From NCBI GenBank assembly GCA_963806535.1, contig CAWDYC010000008.1, positions 1 to 64,000 of the forward strand: a DNA stretch of 64,000 bases, in the 5' to 3' direction. The position numbers and the translations under genes are program-made. This DNA comes from Candidatus Bathyarchaeota archaeon. GTDB lineage: Archaea > Thermoproteota > Bathyarchaeia > Bathyarchaeales > Bathycorpusculaceae. Below are positions 41,834 to 50,519 of this stretch, one piece after another. Position 1 is the stretch's first letter, and each line of letters opens with the position of its first letter. The notes beneath the pieces are model-generated. The model was not told the DNA's origin. It made no database searches and saw only the letters and a program-made list of their open reading frames with translations.

Positions 41834-42430
41834 TTATTCGCCTCTATTTCTTTCTACGCTACAATAATTTTTACGTGCGCTGTAGACATATTCAGTAAAA
41901 GATATGTCATTTATTATCCATTTAGATAAAGGCCATCTGTACTCGGTAAATTCAACATTGACTTTTATTTTCGAGCAAAGATTTTGAATAAACATGATCT
42001 CGAGACGGCTAGCTCCAAAACCAAAAATTTTGTGCACAATATCGCTAAATTTGTCGATTTGCTGAGGAATTTCATTTTTGGGAATGTTAAAGTTATTTTC
42101 TAACTGAAAGTACACCGTGTTTTTGACTGGTGCACCTAACGTTGTTAATGCTTCATCAATTGCTTCGATTAGGCATTTATCAAATTTTCCTTGCGCTAAA
42201 ATTTCGCTCGGTAATGATTCATTTTTGCTGCCAACCTTTGTTTCTTCTGTTTTCTCTGATTCAAAAACATCTGTTCCAATAATGATGCGTTTGCTATATG
42301 AGGTTGAAGTTATTTTTAATGAATCTTTGATATTCTTTTTGTTCAGAAACTTTTCCTCCTGAATTCTTTTTTCTCTATTTGTCTTTTTGTTGAACAGTTT
42401 TGCTGTTCTGCTTGTATACAATATGTCCAC
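41834..42430 (-). CDS. NitrOD5/DUF3227-like domain protein with N-terminal extension
   Basis: IEAIDEALTTLG..VK..VY..LE...IP..I..FS....IFG.GA..LE. Confidence 0.7.
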   Translation of the reverse strand: MDILYTSRTAKLFNKKTNREKRIQEEKFLNKKNIKDSLKITSTSYSKRIIIGTDVFESEKTEETKVGSKNESLPSEILAQGKFDKCLIEAIDEALTTLGAPVKNTVYFQLENNFNIPKNEIPQQIDKFSDIVHKIFGFGASRLEIMFIQNLCSKIKVNVEFTEYRWPLSKWIINDISFTEYVYSARKNYCSVERNRGE

Positions 42431-42777
42431 TTTCGGACATATTATTGTATATTATGTATTGATAATCAATAATCATTAATATAAATCTTCCTAAGTGAGT
42501 AATTAAGCTACTCAAACCCGCGATGCCTGAGAACTTTCCTTTTTGAGGTGAGTCTTATTTTGGAACATATCGTCGTTTTGTGACTCATGTTTGAAACAAC
42601 ATTTGTTTATTTACAAAATGAATATTTTCTTATTAAAGAAAGGGACGGCTTTGAAGAAGGACAGCCAAGTTACCATCAGAATAAAAGATATGAATGATTG
42701 TGTAGAATCTGACATAATGACAGTTTAGACCATCTCTGAAAACTTTAAGAAAGTAAATTTGAAACCATCCCTAAAAT

Positions 42778-43488
42778 TTGGTTGATCGTGAAAAAATGTT
42801 TCGTCAAAAATTTGAACCATTAACTGAGGCATTTATTGCGGCACTTAACGAAGAAGAAGGCGTTGGGGCAACCATATCTGAGTTGTCAGAAAATGTAAAT
42901 TTGCATCGTATTCTGGTAATTGATGGTCACAGTGTTGATCGGACAGTTGAAGTCGCTAAAGATCATGGCGCAGAAATCGTTTTTCAAGATAGAAAAGGCA
43001 AGGGCGATGCATTAGCTAAAGCCGTTGAAAATATGGGCGAAAACGTAGAGTACGTTGTTATCACTGATGCCGACTTTACATATCCAGCATTCTATGTTCC
43101 AGAAATGATTGAAATACTGAAAGATTTACCAGAAGTAGGCATGGTTTGCGGAAACAGATTTAGCAAAGAGACTGAAGGAAAAGCTTTTCAGGGCAGGTTT
43201 TTGTTTGGAAACAAAATGCTGGCGTTTGCTCACAATCTTCTTAATGGCGTAGATTTACAAGATCCATTGACAGGGTTAAGGGTTATACGTGCGGATATAT
43301 TGAGAAAGTGGATAATTAAATCCAAAGGTTTTGACATAGAAGTAGAGTTAAATCATCAAGTATACAAACAAGGATTCAAAACACTCGAAGTACCGATAGA
43401 GTATCGCGAACGATTAGGCGAAAAGAAACTCAAAATGAAACATGGCGTAACGATCTTGAAAAGAATTATTTACGAAAGTTTCTATTAG
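42778..43488 (+). CDS. GT2 glycosyltransferase (DPM1-like)
   Basis: ALNEE, DG.S.D.T, GKG.A, DAD and GFDIEVE motifs. Confidence 0.92.
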   Translation: MVDREKMFRQKFEPLTEAFIAALNEEEGVGATISELSENVNLHRILVIDGHSVDRTVEVAKDHGAEIVFQDRKGKGDALAKAVENMGENVEYVVITDADFTYPAFYVPEMIEILKDLPEVGMVCGNRFSKETEGKAFQGRFLFGNKMLAFAHNLLNGVDLQDPLTGLRVIRADILRKWIIKSKGFDIEVELNHQVYKQGFKTLEVPIEYRERLGEKKLKMKHGVTILKRIIYESFY

Positions 43489-43855
43489 TTATTTTTCCAA
43501 GAGACTTTGAAAGTTTTCATTTGAACTGGATTTTCTGGACAAGTTTTTAAGAAATACTCTAATAATAAGAAAAATTGAACATTAATGCCTTTCGTAAATT
43601 AGATTTGGCGCAGGTTTGGCCTGGAAGATCAAGAAGCAGAGTTTTTTTGACATCAGTGGTGCGTTGTTCATAATTAGTTGATGTGTTAGTTTTCAACATT
43701 ATGCCTTCATAGGACAGGCAACGCCGGAACAAATAATTAATTTCGCGGAAGCCTTAGCAGAAAGCGAATAAAGATATTACGGTTTTGGAAATATTACGTG
43801 TAACAGAATACGGCTATTATATATTAATACTTAATATGAAATCAAGGCGAATTGA

Positions 43856-44248
43856 ATGTTCAACACATACGAAAAAGATCTTGACTTAGATTCAGATAAA
43901 ATAGCCTCAAAGGCAAAAACGGTCCCCCAAAAACTCGAAACACCACAAACAACCGACCGATCGAAACAAAAAGATTATCCACAATTCCAGGACTCATCAA
44001 GTTCAATTAATGATTTAGACCTTTTGGCCGCTCTACAAAAAATGAAAGCAGAAGAACAAGAGCTTCTAGAACAAAAACAACGCCTACTAGCAACAGAACA
44101 AAACCTTCACAGCAAACTCATCAAAGAAATGGATAAAAAGAAAACAGCCATCAACAACCTAAAAACCGAAATTCCAGACATCATAAACAGATGCAATGAC
44201 CTATCACAAGCTCTTGGAGCGCTAGCATCTGAAACTAGCCCTACGTAG
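43856..44248 (+). CDS. Coiled-coil protein (paralog 1)
   Basis: SSINDLDLLAALQKMK.EEQELL...INNLKTEIP shared with the next gene. Confidence 0.75.
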   Translation: MFNTYEKDLDLDSDKIASKAKTVPQKLETPQTTDRSKQKDYPQFQDSSSSINDLDLLAALQKMKAEEQELLEQKQRLLATEQNLHSKLIKEMDKKKTAINNLKTEIPDIINRCNDLSQALGALASETSPT

Positions 44249-44312
44249 TCAGATTTTTTGCATTTCCGGATGTCGAACTATGATGTATTAACGGACCGGA
44301 TAATTTGAGTGG

Positions 44313-44798
44313 ATGATAATGGGCAAAGAAAACGAAAATATCAACATATTCATAATAGAAGATGATTACCGAAGAAGCAAAGCAAAACAAAATGCTCACG
44401 ACGATTTATCAAGAAAACCGGAGCCAATAATACTAAATAAACAAAACCATGAATCCGTAATTCAAGAATTAGAAAAAATGCATTCAAACTTCGAAGCGGG
44501 TCAAGAGCCTGAATCGCTTCAAGAAACTGAAGTAACCAAACAAATAAACCCTTCCCAAATTGCTGATTCACCAAGTTCAATAAACGATTTAGAACTGTTG
44601 GCGTCTTTGCAGGAAATGAAAACAGAAGAACAAGAGCTTCTGAAACAAAAACAACGCTTACTATCAAGAGAGCAAGACCTTCGCAACAGACTCGTTAAAG
44701 AGTTAGACAGAAAGAAGACGACCATTAATAATCTAAAAACCGAAATTCCAGCCATCACAAACAGATGCAAAGGGCTCTCACAAGTACTCGGAGAATGA
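44313..44798 (+). CDS. Coiled-coil protein (paralog 2)
   Basis: Tandem paralog with a closely similar C-terminal region of about 75 aa. Confidence 0.75.
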   Translation: MIMGKENENINIFIIEDDYRRSKAKQNAHDDLSRKPEPIILNKQNHESVIQELEKMHSNFEAGQEPESLQETEVTKQINPSQIADSPSSINDLELLASLQEMKTEEQELLKQKQRLLSREQDLRNRLVKELDRKKTTINNLKTEIPAITNRCKGLSQVLGE

Positions 44799-45306
44799 GC
44801 AGGTAAAAGCTCAGCGCGACTAATGTTTTGATCTTCAAAAAATAATGTCTAATGGAAACAACGCCCTTACCATCCATCTTAATTTTGATATGCACAAATC
44901 ACTGGATGGCGATAAATACGAAAAGCGTTAGAAAAATCTTACGGAACAGCTGTTCCAATACCAAAATGCCTCATTAAAAAGCAAGTACAAAAAAAGAAAA
45001 TTACCTTCTAATTGCATTTTTACATAGAAAAAATTGAGGACCTTGAGTTTCGTCTAAACTGCTATTCTACTTGCCGAAACCATATACTGTGTAGGTTTTC
45101 ATATTAATTTCCCATTATTTTGTTAGGGACTGATTAAGTCTTCTAGCGCCTAAAAGCTATAAAATTTGTCATAAAAAAATTGCTTTTTGTAAATCTGGGT
45201 ACTCCTCTTTTTTTCCAAAGCTAACTCAAATTCAACTATTCAAGGATCAATTTTTTTTGTGATTTTTCTAAGTAATTTCATGAACCTTGTCTATTTTGTC
45301 TTTAAT

Positions 45307-45429
45307 TCAATCCGTTGAACGATATTTTCCGCAATACCGATAAGGACCATAAATGCAGGTTTTGCTTTCAGCCTGATAAAGACTACAAACCTTGCGGTTT
45401 GGGCAAGCGCCAAGAACATGGTTTAACAT
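45307..45429 (-). CDS. 40-aa Cys-rich microprotein (not in ORF track)
   Basis: MLNHVLGACPNRKVCSLYQAESKTCIYGPYRYCGKYRSTD, four Cys. Confidence 0.45.
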   Translation of the reverse strand: MLNHVLGACPNRKVCSLYQAESKTCIYGPYRYCGKYRSTD

Positions 45430-46036
45430 TTGCTGGGCTGATTTCAAAATCGCGCCTCTTAAGTCGTCCTCACTTGCATTAAACTTCGTTTGTGTTTTTA
45501 AGGCGTATTTCGATTACTGAAATATGTCAATGCCTAAACTAGAAAAAGTGCTGCTCCAAATTTCTTACCTCAACGTTTCAGGCTATTGAGAAAATATATA
45601 CAATTGTAGGCGAGACCTCTTGATTCACTAAAGCTTAAATTTGTTTTTTCCTGAAATACATTACTTAGGCAATTTAACTATGAAGACAGTGGATATCGTT
45701 GGTATTGCGGGATATTGCATAGCCATAGTTGTTTTCTTTTGCCCGAAGTCTCTTCCTTCATAAATATTCTGAACTTTGTTTTTAGAGTTCCAATCATTTT
45801 GGCTTTTATAGTCACACCTCTTAGTCCATCAATATATTCACGTTATCTTAGGCCGAAAGAAATTTCAGATAATTACCCCTTCGACCCCTTCACCTACTAT
45901 CCAAGTCAGTGTGAATAGACTTGTAAATGGAGATGTTCCTTGCATTCAAGAGTTTTTTCCGCATCTTCTTTGCCACTACAGAAACGCTAAATAAAGACAT
46001 GAACATGAACTATCAAGACGGTCGCTGAACCAGAAA

Positions 46037-46070
46037 AATCCATGTATTTGCGGTTGTAGTCTAGTTTGGT
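46037..46070 (+). repeat. 34-bp direct repeat (33/34) with 48090..48123
   Basis: aatccatgtat[t/g]tgcggttgtagtctagtttggt. Confidence 0.9.
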
Positions 46071-46095
46071 TTAGCACTTCTCTGCCGATATTGAC
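46050..46095 (+). pseudogene. 5' relic of tRNA-Gly(GCC)
   Basis: The first 21 nt are identical to the tRNA at 48103. It decays through CTGCC and has no T-arm or 3' acceptor strand. Confidence 0.8.
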
Positions 46096-46227
46096 ATTAA
46101 CTTTTTCGTGTTTTTGCCTCTCTTTTTTTTCTATTTAGGATCAGAACTAGAAAAGATGAAGTCAAGTTTCAAAATTGGGGAAACAAATCCGCAAATGTAT
46201 ACAAAGCAAATCTTAATAACAAGAAGC

Positions 46228-46249
46228 AAAACCAAAAAGCACATAAATA
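46228..46249 (+). promoter_or_regulatory. BRE/TATA promoter of tRNA-Gly #1
   Basis: aaaaccaaaaagcacataaata, identical to 47997..48018. Confidence 0.75.
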
Positions 46250-46354
46250 GCTCCCGAGTCTGAAACAGCGGCGACACGACACCAGCGATTGAATAACGCC
46301 AAGACGAGAACCATAGTTTATTAAGAAGAATTTAGATTGTTGCGTTAAGCCACT

Positions 46355-46431
46355 GCGGTAATAGTACAGCTTGGTTAGTACATAGGCTTGCCAAGTCTAG
46401 GACCCGGGTTCAAATCCCGGTTACCGCACCA
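46355..46431 (+). tRNA. tRNA-Gly(GCC) #1, CCA encoded
   Basis: Acceptor GCGGTAA/TTACCGC, D-stem GTAC/GTAC, anticodon arm TAGGC-TTGCCAA-GTCTA, T-arm CCGGG-TTCAAAT-CCCGG, ACCA. Confidence 0.93.
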
Positions 46432-46450
46432 AACTTCCAGTTGAGTTCCT

Positions 46451-46846
46451 TTATTTCTTGTCGGCGTGGCGTCTCAAGATTTCCAAATCGCTTTTTTTAG
46501 GTTTTTTAGTGTGTTCCAAGTTTTCCAAGTCAAATTTGTCGGTGACGTCTTTGAATCTGTGACCGCATTTGATACAGTCGAATATTTTGATGGTGACGAA
46601 TCCAGCGTAGCCGTCGTGCTTCCAGTCACGATTTACGCATCCAGCGTATCCGACAAGCTGCCAACTGGGGGGTTGAATTGTGTCACAGTGGGGACATTTG
46701 ACTTCAAGGGCTTCAACGTACCGACTATATTTCTTCCGTAGATATTGTCGGTTCGTAGCTTGGTCGTTCAGGTTTTCTATCAGTTGATTACGTTTCATTG
46801 TGTCTGGTTCCTTTTTCCGCACGGCTCTGATAACTGTCCGTTTCAT
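46451..46846 (-). CDS. Zinc-ribbon hypothetical protein
   Basis: CPHC...CIKCGHRF. Confidence 0.65.
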   Translation of the reverse strand: MKRTVIRAVRKKEPDTMKRNQLIENLNDQATNRQYLRKKYSRYVEALEVKCPHCDTIQPPSWQLVGYAGCVNRDWKHDGYAGFVTIKIFDCIKCGHRFKDVTDKFDLENLEHTKKPKKSDLEILRRHADKK

Positions 46847-46911
46847 TTCGGGTGCTTAACAGCTTCGGCTTCTTTTGGTACATCTTCGCCCTCAAAGGAA
46901 AAATGACTAGT

Positions 46912-47101
46912 GTGAAGCTGTGGTTTCGCCTTTGCGTTCTGAAACAGTTTTCTTGATGTTCAAACGACTTTGAAAGTATATTGCGAAACGGCGGTATCGC
47001 TATTTTTCTAAATGACGCAACTGTGGCTTCGCAATAGACGCCTTTTTGTCGTTGCTGACATTACGAAGTAATATTCTGATAAGGAGAAACGGTGGTTTCG
47101 T
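46912..47101. repeat. Four imperfect 18-bp palindromes, consensus GCGAAAC-N4-GTTTCGC
   Basis: 46912 gtgaagctgtggtttcgc; 46983 gcgaaacggcggtatcgc; 47015 acgcaactgtggcttcgc; 47084 gagaaacggtggtttcgt. Confidence 0.75.
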
Positions 47102-47170
47102 GATACAGTTACGGAATCCGCAACAAACCTTTTAAACCGAAATTGACTGAAATGAATCTGCGATGCAAAA

Positions 47171-47737
47171 ATGGGTGCTGATTCTGGTTCGGGAAAGGGA
47201 AAAACAGGTGAAAGCCCAAAAGCTGACGACGGAAAAATGAAATGTCTGCTTGACGGGCGAAGAAACTGTATAGTTTTCTTTAAGAAACCCGATTGGGTGG
47301 GTGCTAACTGGTTATGTATTTGTAGGAACTGTCCTAAGAAAGGCTATTCTTTGGATGCTGCAAAACAATTAGAGTGCCGTCAGCAATACGAAGAACACAA
47401 GAACCTGTATCCCTTCGATTATATGCGACCTGACATTTCTGTTGAGGATCACGTAAGAGGCTTAGGGTTTGAACCAGACTTGATTCCAGATTTAGTTCGA
47501 GAAGAAGAGGCGATTGCAACACTCGTCAAGAACCTTCATGCAATAATCGGAAGCAAATTGGGAAAAATCGACAACAAGCTTCTATTCTTCATCATCGAAC
47601 TAACCGATTTAATGGTTCGAATGCAGAAAAACGGATGTAAATTACCCGAAAACGTCATCGACTATTTGCTAAAAATGCCTGAATTTCTGTCAGAACTAGA
47701 AAAGTGTAAGAAAGATGGAACTAGACTGCAGGGCTAG
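47171..47737 (+). CDS. Hypothetical protein with Cys-rich N-terminus
   Basis: CLL....C...CICRNCP followed by a helical domain; 188-aa ORF. Confidence 0.65.
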   Translation: MGADSGSGKGKTGESPKADDGKMKCLLDGRRNCIVFFKKPDWVGANWLCICRNCPKKGYSLDAAKQLECRQQYEEHKNLYPFDYMRPDISVEDHVRGLGFEPDLIPDLVREEEAIATLVKNLHAIIGSKLGKIDNKLLFFIIELTDLMVRMQKNGCKLPENVIDYLLKMPEFLSELEKCKKDGTRLQG

Positions 47738-47996
47738 GTCTCGGTTACCGCACTTTCCTCATTTCAGATTATTCCAATTCAAACCTTTCTCAAGCACTAT
47801 AAGTCCTCTGGAAATATGTTCAGCTCTTTAAGATCTACTTTGGCAGTTCACCGAAATTCATTAACAAATGGCTTTAGGCTGACGAAAAGGAACTCAAGCA
47901 GTAAACGATGGTTAGCAACTGGCAAGAGAAGAGAAAATCACCTATACCTCTACAAGAAATAAGTCAGGTCAGCGGCAACAATAGACCCCGATTAGG

Positions 47997-48018
47997 AAAA
48001 CCAAAAAGCACATAAATA
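47997..48018 (+). promoter_or_regulatory. BRE/TATA promoter of tRNA-Gly #2
   Basis: Identical 22-mer to 46228..46249. Confidence 0.75.
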
Positions 48019-48102
48019 ACAGCACAATCCATCACATCAGCGACTCGACGTCAAGGTGTGTATAACGCCAGAGGTTGTAGTTCAATAAGAATCCATGTAT
48101 GT

Positions 48103-48180
48103 GCGGTTGTAGTCTAGTTTGGTCTAGGACATCAGCCTGCCACGCTGACGACCCGGGTTCAAATCTCGGCAACCGCACCA
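48103..48180 (+). tRNA. tRNA-Gly(GCC) #2, CCA encoded
   Basis: Acceptor GCGGTTG/CAACCGC, anticodon arm TCAGC-CTGCCAC-GCTGA, T-arm CCGGG-TTCAAAT-CTCGG, ACCA. Confidence 0.95.
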
Positions 48181-48257
48181 AAAACTTCTCCAAAACTGCG
48201 TAATCTTAACTTTTGAGCATAAAACAATCAAAATTAATCAAGCACTTCAATTCAAAA

Positions 48258-49208
48258 TTACTTCATTAAGAGCTCTTTGCCTTTTTCAAAAACATACGCG
48301 AATTCAGCATAAATTCTGAGGTAATAAGCCCAATATCCTTTCCACTTTCCGTATTTCTCTGCAATCTCACATACCTCGTCATTTGTAGCTTGTTCATCTT
48401 TTCCGCCATAAATTCGGCCGACATCTAAAGCAAGCTGTGGATCCACGTTTGACAGCTCCTCCATTCGTCCCAGACCCCGTATCATTATAAAGTTGGCTGA
48501 CCAATCGCCAATACCTTTGATATCCGTTAACCAGTCATGTACCTCATCATAAGGCCCTGATCTAAGCCATTTCTCATCAACCTTAGAGAATGCTTCAGTA
48601 ACGGCTGATAGGTACTCTGCTTTTCTCTTATTTGCCACCAACACGGGCTGTTCGGCCAATGCGGCCGCCAGGTTAGACGACTCAGGAAAAGAATGATATT
48701 CAACGCCTTTGACGTCAATTTGACCGCCCACTCTATTGACAATGTTTTCTTTCATTTTATGAGCTACAGCCATAGGTATCCGTTGAGCTAGAATTGCCCA
48801 ACATGCAATTTCAAAAGGAGTCAAGAACTTTACTTGTTTATGGCCATAAAATTTTTTGACTGCGGGTTGTATGTAATGGTCTTTTTGGGCTACTGCGTAA
48901 AACTTTTTCAAGTTGTCTTGAAGGCTTAGAAAGAAACTTATCCTATCGGCAATCGACTCCTCAACTTCATCTGTAAACTTTGCTTCAGAGTAAGCCGTGA
49001 ATGCTAACTCTGGTTTTTCAATAGTTCCCTTGCCCGATACCTCAAATGCGATGGTTCTTCCATTTGCTTGTATGGCTTTTGTGAAAGTAGCGCTTTTTAC
49101 GTCTTGTTCATTTTTCATTGGACTAAAATCAGAGAGAAACTCTAATGATTTTGAGAAATCAAAGGGGGCAACAGGATTTAAGATACTCTCAAAAGAATAA
49201 AGATTCAA
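48258..49208 (-). CDS. alkA: DNA-3-methyladenine glycosylase II (AlkA-like, HhH-GPD)
   Basis: TPFE...WAILAQ, FPE, HhH IKGIGDWSA, catalytic D (NVDP), W.GY.AYYL. Confidence 0.88.
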   Translation of the reverse strand: MNLYSFESILNPVAPFDFSKSLEFLSDFSPMKNEQDVKSATFTKAIQANGRTIAFEVSGKGTIEKPELAFTAYSEAKFTDEVEESIADRISFFLSLQDNLKKFYAVAQKDHYIQPAVKKFYGHKQVKFLTPFEIACWAILAQRIPMAVAHKMKENIVNRVGGQIDVKGVEYHSFPESSNLAAALAEQPVLVANKRKAEYLSAVTEAFSKVDEKWLRSGPYDEVHDWLTDIKGIGDWSANFIMIRGLGRMEELSNVDPQLALDVGRIYGGKDEQATNDEVCEIAEKYGKWKGYWAYYLRIYAEFAYVFEKGKELLMK

Positions 49209-49280
49209 GAAAAAACACCTAATTTAGTGTTATTAAAACCGATATTTTAAAGAATCGCATGATAGACGCAAAGCTGTTCA

Positions 49281-49308
49281 GGTTTGCAACTCGGCAGCCG
49301 CATCAAAA
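49281..49308 (+). repeat. Degenerate copy of the tRNA-Gly #2 3' end (att-like)
   Basis: ctcggcagccgcatcaaaa vs ctcggcaaccgcaccaaaa (17/19), preceded by GGTT at the T-loop position. Confidence 0.7.
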
Positions 49309-49758
49309 TCCTTTTTCAACCTTCATTTATTTAAGCCGTATAAGGATTGAATCTAATCATAAAGTCTGATTTATGAAGGATATTAAGTCAAAACCGCAAA
49401 AACTCCGCTAAAACTAAACTTGACAAACTTTGTTAAGTTGGTTTGGAAAATTCTTTCCAAAGTTGACAATTAACGTTAATGAGTATTTCAAAAAGCTATA
49501 AAACAGATTAAGTGACCTATGCAAATTATGAAATTGCACGCGAAAATAGAAAGAGTGAAAATATACAACTTGGCGAAAAAACATTTGGTAGCTATTCATA
49601 GAAATTCAAAAAACCACTACGCTATGCCTTATTGTCACCTTCATATACATTTTTTAAAATTTGTTCTCCATACAATTTTCTCATAAGGTGAAGAGAAAAT
49701 TTTCCATGAAGCTATTACGAAAGGACGTTTTGTAGGACGTTCGATTCTATTTCAAGAA

Positions 49759-50460
49759 ATGAAAAATAACTACTCAGCGCAGCTAATAATTGCGGCGTTA
49801 AATGAAGCACCCGGAATAGGTCTCACAATAACAGAGATGAAAACCATTCTCGATGACATACCAGTTTTGGTAGTTGATGGCAAAAGCAGTGATCGCACAG
49901 TCGAGATAGCTAAAAGTTTAGGCGCAAACGTTGTTTGCCAAGATGGTTTTGGCAAAGGAGACGCCCTATCTAAGGCTCTTGAATATTTGGATCTGAATTT
50001 AGATTATATCATTCTAACTGACGCAGACTATACTTATCCTGCCGAACACGTTCCAGCTATGATAAGTTTACTTGAAGAAAACCCGCTTGTAGGTATGGTT
50101 TGCGGAAACAGGCTCGGCGGCATTATTGACAAAGAAGCTTTGCACACCATTTTTCACACTGGCAACAAGCTGCTTGCTTTTGTATATAACATGTTGAGTG
50201 GATCGTCGCTTCAAGATCCTTTGACTGGATTGCGAGTGATACGCGCCGAAATCTTGAGAGATTGGATTCCAAGATCAAAAGGCTTTGATATTGAAGTCGA
50301 ACTAAATCATTTAGTAGAGAAGCGTGGATTCGAAATTCGAGAAATACCAATTTACTATAGAACAAGGTTGGGCGAGAAGAAACTAAAAATTAGTCATGGA
50401 ACTAGTATATTGAAAAGGATATTGTTAGAAACCGCTCTAATCAAAAGTATTGAAAGGTAA
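49759..50460 (+). CDS. GT2 glycosyltransferase (DPM1-like), paralog of 42778
   Basis: Same motifs as 42778: TDADYTYPA, GMVCGNR, LQDPLTGLRVIRA, SKGFDIEVELNH. Confidence 0.92.
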   Translation: MKNNYSAQLIIAALNEAPGIGLTITEMKTILDDIPVLVVDGKSSDRTVEIAKSLGANVVCQDGFGKGDALSKALEYLDLNLDYIILTDADYTYPAEHVPAMISLLEENPLVGMVCGNRLGGIIDKEALHTIFHTGNKLLAFVYNMLSGSSLQDPLTGLRVIRAEILRDWIPRSKGFDIEVELNHLVEKRGFEIREIPIYYRTRLGEKKLKISHGTSILKRILLETALIKSIER

Positions 50461-50519
50461 CATAATTCTATTTGCAGCCATGGTCTCAATAAACTCTGTT
50501 TTGAAAACTATCAAACGTA

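Larger units (their letters stand above)
46418..47753. mobile_element. 1.3-kb integrase-less mini-island at the tRNA-Gly #1 3' end
   Basis: CGGTTACCGCAC at 46418-46429 (tRNA 3' end) is repeated at 47742-47753, just after the second ORF. Confidence 0.65.

Noticed and set aside
46912-47101. CRISPR mini-array
   Set aside because: The repeats are only 18 bp and degenerate, the gaps are irregular (53, 14, 51 bp), and there are no cas genes.
46050-49308. Split (trans-spliced) tRNA-Gly from the 5' relic plus 3' fragments
   Set aside because: There are no complementary GC-rich flanks or BHB junction. The 3' fragments lack the anticodon-stem half, and intact GCC tRNAs are adjacent.
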